In this document: in pieces, positions 47,201-62,200 of the stretch
Layout: the number at the start of each line of letters is the position of its first letter
Numbering within the stretch: the stretch's first letter is position 1
DNA from: Macrostomum hystrix
Taxonomy: Eukaryota > Animalia > Platyhelminthes
Direction of reading: 5' to 3'
Assembly: GCA_950097015.1 (NCBI GenBank)
Contig: CATNEN010000005.1
Location: 2,790,001-2,854,000 of the forward strand
Length of the DNA stretch: 64,000 bases
Made by a program: the position numbers and the translations under genes
Notes under the pieces: generated by a model
What the model was told of the DNA's origin: nothing
Seen by the model: the letters and a program-made list of their open reading frames with translations, nothing else
The model's database searches: none

Positions 47201-50200
47201 GAAGTTCGATTGATAACTGAACTTTTGATTGCTGAAGTTTGATTGATAACTGAACTTTTGATTGCTGAAGTTCGATTGATAACTGAACTTTTGACTGCTG
47301 AAGTTTGATTGATAACTGAACTTTTGATTGCTGAAGTTCGATTAATAACTGAACTTTTGATTGCTGAAGTTCGATTGATAACTGAACTTTTGATTGCTGA
47401 AGTTCGATTGATAACTGAACTTTTGATTGCTGAAGTTCGATTGATAGCTGAACTTTTGACTGCTGAAGTTCGATTGATAACTGAACTTTTGACTGCTGAA
47501 GTTTGATTGATAACTGAACTTTTGATTGCTGAAGTTCGATTGATAACTGAACTTTTGACTGCTGAAGTTCGATTGATAGCTGAACTTTTGACTGCTGAAG
47601 TTTGATTGATAACTTTGAACTTTTGATTGCTGAAGTTTGATTGATAACTGAACTTTTGACTGCTGAAGTTTGATTGATAACTGAACTTTTGACTGCTGAA
47701 GTTCGATTGATAACTGAACTTTTGATTGCTGAAGTTCGATTGATAACTGAACTTTTGATTGCTGAAGTTCGATTGATAACTGAACTTTTGACTGCTGAAG
47801 TTCGATTGATAGCTGAACTTTTGACTGCTGAAGTTTGATTGATAACTTTGAACTTTTGATTGCTGAAGTTTGATTGATAACTGAACTTTTGACTGCTGAA
47901 GTTTGATTGATAACTGAACTTTTGACTGCTGAAGTTTGATTGATAACTGAACTTTTGATTGCTGAAGTTCGATTGATAACTGAACTTTTGACTGCTGAAG
48001 TTCGATTGATAACTGAACTTTTGATTGCTGAAGTTCGATTGATAGCTGAACTTTTGATTGCTGAAGTTCGATTGATAGCTGAACTTTTGATTGCTGAAGT
48101 TCGATTGATAGCTGAACTTTTGACTGCTGAAGTTTGATTGATAACTGAACTTTTGATTGCTGAAGTTCGATTGATAGCTGAACTTTTGACTGCTGAAGTT
48201 CGATTGATAGCTGAACTTTTGATTGCTGAAGTTCGATTGATAGCTGAACTTTTGATTGCTGAAGTTTGATTGATAACTGAACTTTTGATTGCTGAAGTTC
48301 TATTGATAACTGAACTTTTGATTGCTGAAGTTTGATTGATAACTGAACTTTTGACTGCTGAAGTTCGATTGATAACTGAACTTTTGATTGCTGAAGTTCT
48401 ATTGATAACTGAACTTTTGATTGCTGAAGTTCGATTGATAGCTGAACTTTTGATTGCTGAAGTTCGATTGATAGCTGAACTTTTGACTGCTGAAGTTCGA
48501 TTGATAGCTGAACTTTTGACTGCTGAAGTTCGATTGATAACTGAACTTTTGATTGCTGAAGTTCGATTGATAGCTGAACTTTTGATTGCTGAAGTTCGAT
48601 TGATAACTGAACTTTTGACTGCTGAAGTTTGATTCATAGCTGAACTTTTGACTGCTGAAGTTCGATTGATAGCTGAACTTTTGACTGCTGAAGTTTGATT
48701 GATAACTGAACTTTTGATTGCTGAAGTTCGATTGATAACTGAACTTTTGATTGCTGAAGTTCGATTGATAACTGAACTTTTGACTGCTGAAGTTCGATTG
48801 ATAACTGAACTTTTGATTGCTGAAGTTCTATTGATAACTGAACTTTTGATTGCTGAAGTTCGATTGATAGCTGAACTTTTGATTGCTGAAGTTCGATTGA
48901 TAGCTGAACTTTTGACTGCTGAAGTTCGATTGATAGCTGAACTTTTGACTGCTGAAGTTCGATTGATAACTGAACTTTTGATTGCTGAAGTTCGATTGAT
49001 AGCTGAACTTTTGATTGCTGAAGTTCGATTGATAACTGAACTTTTGACTGCTGAAGTTTGATTGATAGCTGAACTTTTGACTGCTGAAGTTCGATTGATA
49101 GCTGAACTTTTGACTGCTGAAGTTTGATTGATAACTGAACTTTTGATTGCTGAAGTTCGATTGATAACTGAACTTTTGATTGCTGAAGTTCGATTGATAA
49201 CTGAACTTTTGACTGCTGAAGTTTGATTGATAACTGAACTTTTGATTGCTGAAGTTCGATTGATAACTGAACTTTTGATTGCTGAAGTTCGATTGATAAC
49301 TGAACTTTTGACTGCTGAAGTTCGATTGATAACTGAACTTTTGATTGCTGAAGTTCGATTGATAGCTGAACTTTTGACTGCTGAAGTTTGATTGATAACT
49401 TTGAACTTTTGATTGCTGAAGTTTGATTGATAACTGAACTTTTGACTGCTGAAGTTTGATTGATAACTGAACTTTTGACTGCTGAAGTTTGATTGATAAC
49501 TGAACTTTTGATTGCTGAAGTTCGATTGATAGCTGAACTTTTGACTGCTGAAGTTCGATTGATAACTGAACTTTTGATTGCTGAAGTTCGATTGATAACT
49601 GAACTTTTGATTGCTGAAGTTCGATTGATAGCTGAACTTTTGATTGCTGAAGTTCGATTGATAGCTGAACTTTTGACTGCTGAAGTTTGATTGATAACTG
49701 AACTTTTGATTGCTGAAGTTCGATTGATAGCTGAACTTTTGACTGCTGAAGTTCGATTGATAGCTGAACTTTTGATTGCTGAAGTTCGATTGATAGCTGA
49801 ACTTTTGATTGCTGAAGTTTGATTGATAACTGAACTTTTGATTGCTGAAGTTCTATTGATAACTGAACTTTTGATTGCTGAAGTTTGATTGATAACTGAA
49901 CTTTTGACTGCTGAAGTTCGATTGATAACTGAACTTTTGATTGCTGAAGTTCTATTGATAACTGAACTTTTGATTGCTGAAGTTCGATTGATAGCTGAAC
50001 TTTTGATTGCTGAAGTTCGATTGATAGCTGAACTTTTGACTGCTGAAGTTCGATTGATAGCTGAACTTTTGACTGCTGAAGTTCGATTGATAACTGAACT
50101 TTTGATTGCTGAAGTTCGATTGATAGCTGAACTTTTGATTGCTGAAGTTCGATTGATAACTGAACTTTTGACTGCTGAAGTTTGATTGATAGCTGAACTT

Positions 50201-53200
50201 TTGACTGCTGAAGTTCGATTGATAGCTGAACTTTTGACTGCTGAAGTTTGATTGATAACTGAACTTTTGATTGCTGAAGTTCGATTGATAACTGAACTTT
50301 TGATTGCTGAAGTTCGATTGATAACTGAACTTTTGACTGCTGAAGTTTGATTGATAACTGAACTTTTGATTGCTGAAGTTCGATTGATAACTGAACTTTT
50401 GATTGCTGAAGTTCGATTGATAACTGAACTTTTGATTGCTGAAGTTCGATTGATAACTGAACTTTTGATTGCTGAAGTTCGATTGATAACTGAACTTTTG
50501 ATTGCTGAAGTTCGATTGATAACTGAACTTTTGATTGCTGAAGTTCGATTGATAGCTGAACTTTTGACTGCTGAAGTTTGATTGATAACTGAACTTTTGA
50601 CTGCTGAAGTTCGATTGATAGCTGCACTTTTGATTGCTGAAGTTCGATTGATAGCTGAACTTTTGATTGCTGAAGTTTGATTGATAGCTGAACTTTTGAT
50701 TGCTGAAGTTCGATTGATAACTGAACTTTTGATTGCTGAAGTTCGATTGATAGCTGAACTTTTGATTGCTGAAGTTCGATTGATAGCTGAACTTTTGACT
50801 GCTGAAGTTCGATTGATAACTGAACTTTTGACTGCTGAAGTTTGATTGATAACTGAACTTTTGACTGCTTAAGTTTGATTGATAACTGAACTTTTGATTG
50901 CTGAAGTTCGATTGATAACTGAACTTTTGATTGCTGAAGTTCGATTGATAGCTGAACTTTTGACTGCTGAAGTTTGATTGATAACTGAACTTTTGATTGC
51001 TGAAGTTCGATTGATAGCTGAACTTTTGACTGCTGAAGTTTGATTGATAACTGAACTTTTGATTGCTGAAGTTCGATTGATAACTGAACTTTTGATTGCT
51101 GAAGTTCGATTGATAGCTGAACTTTTGATTGCTGAAGTTCGATTGATAACTGAACTTTTGATTGCTGAAGTTCGATTGATAGCTGAACTTTTGACTGCTG
51201 AAGTTCGATTGATAACTGAACTTTTGATTGCTGAAGTTCGATTGATAACTGAACTTTTGATTGCTGAAGTTCGATTGATAACTGAACTTTTGATTGCTGA
51301 AGTTCGATTGATAGCTGAACTTTTGACTGCTGAAGTTTGATTGATAACTGAACTTTTGATTGCTGAAGTTCGATTGATAGCTGAACTTTTGATTGCTGAA
51401 GTTCGATTGATAGCTGAACTTTTGACTGCTGAAGTTTGATTGATAACTGAACTTTTGACTGCTGAAGTTCGATTGATAGCTGCACTTTTGATTGCTGAAG
51501 TTCGATTGATAGCTGAACTTTTGATTGCTGAAGTTTGATTGATAGCTGAACTTTTGATTGCTGAAGTTCGATTGATAACTGAACTTTTGATTGCTGAAGT
51601 TCGATTGATAACTGAACTTTTGACTGCTGAAGTTCTATTGATAGCTGAACTTTTGATTGCTGAAGTTCTATTGATAGCTGAACTTTTGACTGCTGAAGTT
51701 CGATTGATAACTGAACTTTTGACTGCTGAAGTTTGATTGATAACTGAACTTTTGACTGCTGAAGTTTGATTGATAACTGAACTTTTGACTGCTGAAGTTC
51801 GATTGATAGCTGAACTTTTGACTGCTGAAGTTCGATTGATAACTGAACTTTTGATTGCTGAAGTTTGATTGATAACTGAACTTTTGATTGCTGAAGTTCG
51901 ATTGATAGCTGAACTTTTGATTGCTGAAGTTCGATTGATAGCTGAACTTTTGATTGCTGAAGTTTGATTGATAACTGAACTTTTGATTGCTGAAGTTCGA
52001 TTGATAGCTGAACTTTTGATTGCTGAAGTTCGATTGATAGCTGAACTTTTGATTGCTGAAGTTTGATTGATAACTGAACTTTTGACTGCTGAAGTTCGAT
52101 TGATAACTGAACTTTTGATTGCTGAAGTTCGATTGATAGCTGAACTTTTGACTGCTGAAGTTTGATTGATAACTGAACTTTTGATTGCTGAAGTTCGATT
52201 GATAACTGAACTTTTGATTGCTGAAGTTCGATTGATAGCTGAACTTTTGACTGCTGAAGTTTGATTGATAACTGAACTTTTGATTGCTGAAGTTCGATTG
52301 ATAGCTGCACTTTTGATTGCTGAAGTTCGATTGATAGCTGAACTTTTGACTGCTGAAGTTTGATTGATAACTGAACTTTTGATTGCTGAAGTTCGATTGA
52401 TAACTGAACTTTTGACTGCTGAAGTTCGATTGATAACTGAACTTTTGATTGCTGAAGTTTGATTGATAACTGAACTTTTGACTGCTGAAGTTTGATTGAT
52501 AACTGAACTTTTGATTGCTGAAGTTCGATTGATAGCTGAACTTTTGACTGCTGAAGTTCGATTGATAACTGAACTTTTGATTGCTGAAGTTCGATTGATA
52601 GCTGAACTTTTGATTGCTGAAGTTCGATTGATAGCTGAACTTTTGATTGCTGAAGTTCGATTGATAGCTGAACTTTTGACTGCTGAAGTTTGATTGATAA
52701 CTGAACTTTTGATTGCTGAAGTTCGATTGATAGCTGAACTTTTGACTGCTGAAGTTCGATTGATAGCTGAACTTTTGATTGCTGAAGTTCGATTGATAGC
52801 TGAACTTTTGATTGCTGAAGTTTGATTGATAACTGAACTTTTGATTGCTGAAGTTCTATTGATAACTGAACTTTTGATTGCTGAAGTTTGATTGATAACT
52901 GAACTTTTGACTGCTGAAGTTCGATTGATAACTGAACTTTTGATTGCTGAAGTTCTATTGATAACTGAACTTTTGATTGCTGAAGTTCGATTGATAGCTG
53001 AACTTTTGATTGCTGAAGTTCGATTGATAGCTGAACTTTTGACTGCTGAAGTTCGATTGATAGCTGAACTTTTGACTGCTGAAGTTCGATTGATAACTGA
53101 ACTTTTGATTGCTGAAGTTCGATTGATAGCTGAACTTTTGATTGCTGAAGTTCGATTGATAACTGAACTTTTGACTGCTGAAGTTTGATTGATAGCTGAA

Positions 53201-56200
53201 CTTTTGACTGCTGAAGTTCGATTGATAGCTGAACTTTTGACTGCTGAAGTTTGATTGATAACTGAACTTTAGATTGCTGAAGTTCGATTGATAACTGAAC
53301 TTTTGATTGCTGAAGTTCGATTGATAACTGAACTTTTGACTGCTGAAGTTTGATTGATAACTGAACTTTTGATTGCTGAAGTTCGATTGATAACTGAACT
53401 TTTGATTGCTGAAGTTCGATTGATAACTGAACTTTTGATTGCTGAAGTTCGATTGATAACTGAACTTTTGATTGCTGAAGTTCGATTGATAACTGAACTT
53501 TTGATTGCTGAAGTTCGATTGATAACTGAACTTTTGATTGCTGAAGTTCGATTGATAGCTGAACTTTTGACTGCTGAAGTTTGATTGATAACTGAACTTT
53601 TGACTGCTGAAGTTCGATTGATAACTGAACTTTTGATTGCTGAAGTTCGATTGATAGCTGAACTTTTGACTGCTGAAGTTTGATTGATAACTGAACTTTT
53701 GATTGCTGAAGTTCGATTGATTACTGAACTTTTGATTGCTGAAGTTCGATTGATAGCTGAACTTTTGACTGCTGAAGTTCGATTGATAACTGAACTTTTG
53801 ACTGCTGAAGTTTGATTGATAACTGAACTTTTGACTGCTGAAGTTTGATTGATAACTGAACTTTTGATTGCTGAAGTTCGATTGATAACTGAACTTTTGA
53901 TTGCTGAAGTTCGATTGATAGCAGAACTTTTGACTGCTGAAGTTTGATTGATAACTGAACTTTTGATTGCTGAAGTTCGATTGATAGCTGAACTTTTGAC
54001 TGCTGAAGTTTGATTGATAACTGAACTTTTGATTGCTGAAGTTCGATTGATAACTGAACTTTTGATTGCTGAAGTTCGATTGATAACTGAACTTTTGATT
54101 GCTGAAGTTCGATTGATAACTGAACTTTTGATTGCTGAAGTTCGATTGATAGCTGAACTTTTGACTGCTGAAGTTCGATTGATAACTGAACTTTTGATTG
54201 CTGAAGTTCGATTGATAACTGAACTTTTGATTGCTGAAGTTCGATTGATAACTGAACTTTTGATTGCTGAAGTTCGATTGATAGCTGAACTTTTGACTGC
54301 TGAAGTTTGATTGATAACTGAACTTTTGACTGCTGAAGTTCGATTGATAGCTGAACTTTTGATTGCTGAAGTTCGATTGATAACTGAACTTTTGATTGCT
54401 GAAGTTCGATTGATAACTGAACTTTTGATTGCTGAAGTTCGATTTATAGCTGAACTTTTGATTGCTGAAGTTCGATTGATAACTGAACTTTTGACTGCTG
54501 AAGTTCGATTGATAGCTGAACTTTTGATTGCTGAAGTTCGATTGATAACTGAACTTTTGACTGCTGAAGTTCGATTGATAGCTGAACTTTTGACTGCTGA
54601 AGTTCGATTGATAACTGAACTTTTGATTGCTGAAGTTCGATTGATAGCTGAACTTTTGACTGCTGAAGTTTGATTGATAACTGAACTTTTGATTGCTGAA
54701 GTTCGATTGATAGCTGAACTTTTGATTGCTGAAGTTCGATTGATAACTGAACTTTTGATTGCTGAAGTTCGATTGATAACTGAACTTTTGATTGCTGAAG
54801 TTCGATTGATAACTGAACTTTTGATTGCTGAAGTTCGATTGATAGCTGAACTTTTGACTGCTGAAGTTTGATTGATAACTGAACTTTTGACTGCTGAAGT
54901 TCGATTGATAACTGAACTTTTGATTGCTGAAGTTCGATTGATAGCTGAACTTTTGACTGCTGAAGTTTGATTGATAACTGAACTTTTGATTGCTAAAGTT
55001 CGATTGATTACTGAACTTTTGATTGCTGAAGTTCGATTGATAGCTGAACTTTTGACTGCTGAAGTTCGATTGATAACTGAACTTTTGACTGCTGAAGTTT
55101 GATTGATAACTGAACTTTTGACTGCTGAAGTTTGATTGATAACTGAACTTTTGATTGCTGAAGTTCGATTGATAACTGAACTTTTGATTGCTGAAGTTCG
55201 ATTGATAGCAGAACTTTTGACTGCTGAAGTTTGATTGATAACTGAACTTTTGATTGCTGAAGTTCGATTGATAGCTGAACTTTTGACTGCTGAAGTTTGA
55301 TTGATAACTGAACTTTTGATTGCTGAAGTTCGATTGATAACTGAACTTTTGATTGCTGAAGTTCGATTGATAACTGAACTTTTGATTGCTGAAGTTCGAT
55401 TGATAACTGAACTTTTGATTGCTGAAGTTCGATTGATAGCTGAACTTTTGACTGCTGAAGTTCGATTGATAACTGAACTTTTGATTGCTGAAGTTCGATT
55501 GATAACTGAACTTTTGATTGCTGAAGTTCGATTGATAACTGAACTTTTGATTGCTGAAGTTCGATTGATAGCTGAACTTTTGACTGCTGAAGTTTGATTG
55601 ATAACTGAACTTTTGACTGCTGAAGTTCGATTGATAGCTGAACTTTTGATTGCTGAAGTTCGATTGATAACTGAACTTTTGATTGCTGAAGTTCGATTGA
55701 TAACTGAACTTTTGATTGCTGAAGTTCGATTTATAGCTGAACTTTTGATTGCTGAAGTTCGATTGATAACTGAACTTTTGACTGCTGAAGTTCGATTGAT
55801 AGCTGAACTTTTGATTGCTGAAGTTCGATTGATAACTGAACTTTTGACTGCTGAAGTTCGATTGATAGCTGAACTTTTGACTGCTGAAGTTCGATTGATA
55901 ACTGAACTTTTGATTGCTGAAGTTCGATTGATAGCTGAACTTTTGACTGCTGAAGTTTGATTGATAACTGAACTTTTGATTGCTGAAGTTCGATTGATAG
56001 CTGCACTTTTGATTGCTGAAGTTCGATTGATAGCTGAACTTTTGACTGCTGAAGTTTGATTGATAACTGAACTATTGATTGCTGAAGTTCGATTGATAAC
56101 TGAACTTTTGACTGCTGAAGTTCGATTGATAACTGAACTTTTGATTGCTGAAGTTTGATTGATAACTGAACTTTTGACTGCTGAAGTTTGATTGATAACT

Positions 56201-59200
56201 GAACTTTTGATTGCTGAAGTTCGATTGATAGCTGAACTTTTGACTGCTGAAGTTCGATTGATAACTGAACTTTTGATTGCTGAAGTTCGATTGATAGCTG
56301 AACTTTTGATTGCTGAAGTTCGATTGATAGCTGAACTTTTGATTGCTGAAGTTCGATTGATAGCTGAACTTTTGACTGCTGAAGTTTGATTGATAACTGA
56401 ACTTTTGATTGCTGAAGTTCGATTGATAGCTGAACTTTTGACTGCTGAAGTTCGATTGATAGCTGAACTTTTGATTGCTGAAGTTTGATTGATAACTGAA
56501 CTTTTGATTGCTGAAGTTCTATTGATAACTGAACTTTTGATTGCTGAAGTTTGATTGATAACTGAACTTTTGACTGCTGAAGTTCGATTGATAACTGAAC
56601 TTTTGATTGCTGAAGTTCTATTGATAACTGAACTTTTGATTGCTGAAGTTCGATTGATAGCTGAACTTTTGATTGCTGAAGTTCGATTGATAGCTGAACT
56701 TTTGACTGCTGAAGTTCGATTGATAGCTGAACTTTTGACTGCTGAAGTTCGATTGATAACTGAACTTTTGATTGCTGAAGTTCGATTGATAGCTGAACTT
56801 TTGATTGCTGAAGTTCGATTGATAACTGAACTTTTGACTGCTGAAGTTTGATTGATAGCTGAACTTTTGACTGCTGAAGTTCGATTGATAGCTGAACTTT
56901 TGACTGCTGAAGTTTGATTGATAACTGAACTTTTGATTGCTGAAGTTCGATTGATAACTGAACTTTTGATTGCTGAAGTTCGATTGATAACTGAACTTTT
57001 GACTGCTGAAGTTTGATTGATAACTGAACTTTTGATTGCTGAAGTTTGATTGATAACTGAACTTTTGATTGCTGAAGTTCGATTGATAACTGAACTTTTG
57101 ATTGCTGAAGTTCGATTGATAACTGAACTTTTGATTGCTGAAGTTCGATTGATAACTGAACTTTTGATTGCTGAAGTTCGATTGATAACTGAACTTTTGA
57201 TTGCTGAAGTTCGATTGATAGCTGAACTTTTGACTGCTGAAGTTTGATTGATAACTGAACTTTTGATTGCTGAAGTTCGATTGATAGCTGAACTTTTGAC
57301 TGCTGAAGTTTGATTGATAACTGAACTTTTGATTGCTGAAGTTCGATTGATAACTGAACTTTTGATTGCTGAAGTTCGATTGATAACTGAACTTTTGATT
57401 GCTGAAGTTCGATTGATAACTGAACTTTTGATTGCTGAAGTTCGATTGATAGCTGAACTTTTGACTGCTGAAGTTCGATTGATAACTGAACTTTTGATTG
57501 CTGAAGTTCGATTGATAACTGAACTTTTGATTGCTGAAGTTCGATTGATAACTGAACTTTTGATTGCTGAAGTTCGATTGATAGCTGAACTTTTGACTGC
57601 TGAAGTTTGATTGATAACTGAACTTTTGACTGCTGAAGTTCGATTGATAGCTGAACTTTTGATTGCTGAAGTTCGATTGATAACTGAACTTTTGATTGCT
57701 GAAGTTCGATTGATAACTGAACTTTTGATTGCTGAAGTTCGATTTATAGCTGAACTTTTGATTGCTGAAGTTCGATTGATAACTGAACTTTTGACTGCTG
57801 AAGTTCGATTGATAGCTGAACTTTTGATTGCTGAAGTTCGATTGATAACTGAACTTTTGACTGCTGAAGTTCGATTGATAGCTGAACTTTTGACTGCTGA
57901 AGTTCGATTGATAGCTGAACTTTTGACTGCTGAAGTTTGATTGATAACTTTGAACTTTTGATTGCTGAAGTTTGATTGATAACTGAACTTTTGACTGCTG
58001 AAGTTTGATTGATAACTGAACTTTTGACTGCTGAAGTTTGATTGATAACTGAACTTTTGATTGCTGAAGTTCGATTGATAGCTGAACTTTTGACTGCTGA
58101 AGTTCGATTGATAACTGAACTTTTGATTGCTGAAGTTCGATTGATAGCTGAACTTTTGATTGCTGAAGTTCGATTGATAGCTGAACTTTTGATTGCTGAA
58201 GTTCGATTGATAGCTGAACTTTTGACTGCTGAAGTTTGATTGATAACTGAACTTTTGATTGCTGAAGTTCGATTGATAGCTGAACTTTTGACTGCTGAAG
58301 TTCGATTGATAGCTGAACTTTTGACTGCTGAAGTTTGATTGATAACTGAACTTTTGATTGCTGAAGTTCTATTGATAGCTGAACTTTTGATTGCTGAAGT
58401 TTGATTGATAACTGAACTTTTGATTGCTGAAGTTCTATTGATAACTGAACTTTTGATTGCTGAAGTTTGATTGATAACTGAACTTTTGACTGCTGAAGTT
58501 CGATTGATAACTGAACTTTTGATTGCTGAAGTTCTATTGATAACTGAACTTTTGATTGCTGAAGTTCGATTGATAGCTGAACTTTTGATTGCTGAAGTTC
58601 GATTGATAGCTGAACTTTTGACTGCTGAAGTTCGATTGATAGCTGAACTTTTGACTGCTGAAGTTCGATTGATAGCTGAACTTTTGACTGCTGAAGTTCG
58701 ATTGATAACTGAACTTTTGATTGCTGAAGTTCGATTGATAACTGAACTTTTGATTGCTGAAGTTTGATTGATAGCTGAACTTTTGACTGCTGAAGTTCGA
58801 TTGATAGCTGAACTTTTGACTGCTGAAGTTTGATTGATAACTGAACTTTTAATTGCTGAAGTTCGATTGATAACCGAACTTTTGATTGCTGAAGTTCGAT
58901 TGATAACTGAACTTTTGACTGCTGAAGTTTGATTGATAACTGAACTTTTGATTGCTGAAGTTCGATTGATAACTGAACTTTTGATTGCTGAAGTTCGATT
59001 GATAACTGAACTTTTGATTGCTGAAGTTCGATTGATAACTGAACTTTTGATTGCTGAAGTTCGATTGATAACTGAACTTTTGATTGCTGAAGTTCGATTG
59101 ATAACTGAACTTTTGATTGCTGAAGTTCGATTGATAGCTGAACTTTTGACTGCTGAAGTTTGATTGATAACTGAACTTTTGACTGCTGAAGTTCGATTGA

Positions 59201-62200
59201 TAACTGAACTTTTGATTGCTGAAGTTCGATTGATAGCTGAACTTTTGACTGCTGAAGTTTGATTGATAACTGAACTTTTGATTGCTGAAGTTCGATTGAT
59301 AACTGAACTTTTGATTGCTGAAGTTCGATTGATAGCTGAACTTTTGACTGCTGAAGTTCGATTGATAACTGAACTTTTGACTGCTGAAGTTTGATTGATA
59401 ACTGAACTTTTGACTGCTGAAGTTTGATTGATAACTGAACTTTTGATTGCTGAAGTTCGATTGATAACTGAACTTTTGATTGCTGAAGTTCGATTGATAG
59501 CTGAACTTTTGACTGCTGAAGTTTGATTGATAACTGAACTTTTGACTGCTGAAGTTCGATTGATAGCTGAACTTTTGATTGCTGAAGTTCGATTGATAAC
59601 TGAACTTTTGATTGCTGAAGTTTGATTGATAACTGAACTTTTGATTGCTGAAGTTTGATTGATAACTGAACTTTTGATTGCTGAAGTTCGATTGATAGCT
59701 GAACTTTTGATTGCTGAAGTTTGAATGATAGCTGAACTTTTGATTGCTGAAGTTCGATTGATAACTGAACTTTTGATTGCTGAAGTTCGATTGATAACTG
59801 AACTTTTGACTGCTGAAGTTATATTGATAGCTGAACTTTTGATTGCTGAAGTTCTATTGATAGCTGAACTTTTGACTGCTGAAGTTCGATTGATAGCTGA
59901 ACTTTTGACTGCTGAAGTTTGATTGATAACTGAACTTTTGACTGCTGAAGTTCGATTGATAGCTGAACTTTTGATTGCTGAAGTTCGATTGATAACTGAA
60001 CTTTTGATTGCTGAAGTTTGATTGATAACTGAACTTTTGATTGCTGAAGTTTGATTGATAACTGAACTTTTGATTGCTGAAGTTCGATTGATAGCTGAAC
60101 TTTTGATTGCTGAAGTTTGAATGATAGCTGAACTTTTGATTGCTGAAGTTCGATTGATAACTGAACTTTTGATTGCTGAAGTTTGATTGATAACTGAACT
60201 TTTGACTGCTGAAGTTCGATTGATAGCTGAACTTTTGATTGCTGAAGTTCGATTGATAACTGAACTTTTGATTGCTGAAGTTCGATTGATAACTGAACTT
60301 TTGATTGCTGAAGTTCGATTTATAGCTGAACTTTTGATTGCTGAAGTTCGATTGATAACTGAACTTTTGACTGCTGAAGTTCGATTGATAGCTGAACTTT
60401 TGATTGCTGAAGTTCGATTGATAACTGAACTTTTGACTGCTGAAGTTCGATTGATAGCTGAACTTTTGACTGCTGAAGTTCGATTGATAGCTGAACTTTT
60501 GACTGCTGAAGTTTGATTGATAACTTTGAACTTTTGATTGCTGAAGTTTGATTGATAACTGAACTTTTGACTGCTGAAGTTTGATTGATAACTGAACTTT
60601 TGACTGCTGAAGTTTGATTGATAACTGAACTTTTGATTGCTGAAGTTCGATTGATAGCTGAACTTTTGACTGCTGAAGTTCGATTGATAACTGAACTTTT
60701 GATTGCTGAAGTTCGATTGATAGCTGAACTTTTGATTGCTGAAGTTCGATTGATAGCTGAACTTTTGATTGCTGAAGTTCGATTGATAGCTGAACTTTTG
60801 ACTGCTGAAGTTTGATTGATAACTGAACTTTTGATTGCTGAAGTTCGATTGATAGCTGAACTTTTGACTGCTGAAGTTCGATTGATAGCTGAACTTTTGA
60901 CTGCTGAAGTTTGATTGATAACTGAACTTTTGATTGCTGAAGTTCTATTGATAGCTGAACTTTTGATTGCTGAAGTTTGATTGATAACTGAACTTTTGAT
61001 TGCTGAAGTTCTATTGATAACTGAACTTTTGATTGCTGAAGTTTGATTGATAACTGAACTTTTGACTGCTGAAGTTCGATTGATAACTGAACTTTTGATT
61101 GCTGAAGTTCGATTGATAGCTGAACTTTTGACTGCTGAAGTTCGATTGATAGCTGAACTTTTGACTGCTGAAGTTCGATTGATAGCTGAACTTTTGACTG
61201 CTGAAGTTCGATTGATAACTGAACTTTTGATTGCTGAAGTTCGATTGATAACTGAACTTTTGACTGCTGAAGTTTGATTGATAACTGAACTTTTGATTGC
61301 TGAAGTTCGATTGATAGCTGAACTTTTGACTGCTGAAGTTTGATTGATAACTGAACTTTTGACTGCTGAAGTTCGATTGATAACTGAACTTTTGATTGCT
61401 GAAGTTCGATTGATAGCTGAACTTTTGACTGCTGAAGTTTGATTGATAACTGAACTTTTGATTGCTGAAGTTCGATTGATAACTGAACTTTTGATTGCTA
61501 AAGTTCGATTGATAGCTGAACTTTTGACTGCTGAAGTTCGATTGATAACTGAACTTTTGACTGCTGAAGTTTGATTGATAACTGAACTTTTGACTGCTGA
61601 AGTTTGATTGATAACTGAACTTTTGATTGCTGAAGTTCGATTGATAACTGAACTTTTGATTGCTGAAGTTCGATTGATAGCTGAACTTTTGACTGCTGAA
61701 GTTTGATTGATAACTGAACTTTTGATTGCTGAAGTTCGATTGATAGCTGAACTTTTGACTGCTGAAGTTTGATTGATAACTGAACTTTTGATTGCTGAAG
61801 TTCGATTGATAACTGAACTTTTGATTGCTGAAGTTCGATTGATAACTGAACTTTTGATTGCTGAAGTTCGATTGATAACTGAACTTTTGATTGCTGAAGT
61901 TCGATTGATAGCTGAACTTTTGACTGCTGAAGTTCGATTGATAACTGAACTTTTGATTGCTGAAGTTCGATTGATAACTGAACTTTTGATTGCTGAAGTT
62001 CGATTGATAACTGAACTTTTGATTGCTGAAGTTCGATTGATAGCTGAACTTTTGACTGCTGAAGTTTGATTGATAACTGAACTTTTGACTGCTGAAGTTC
62101 GATTGATAGCTGAACTTTTGATTGCTGAAGTTCGATTGATAGCTGAACTTTTGACTGCTGAAGTTTGATTGATAACTGAACTTTTGACTGCTGAAGTTCG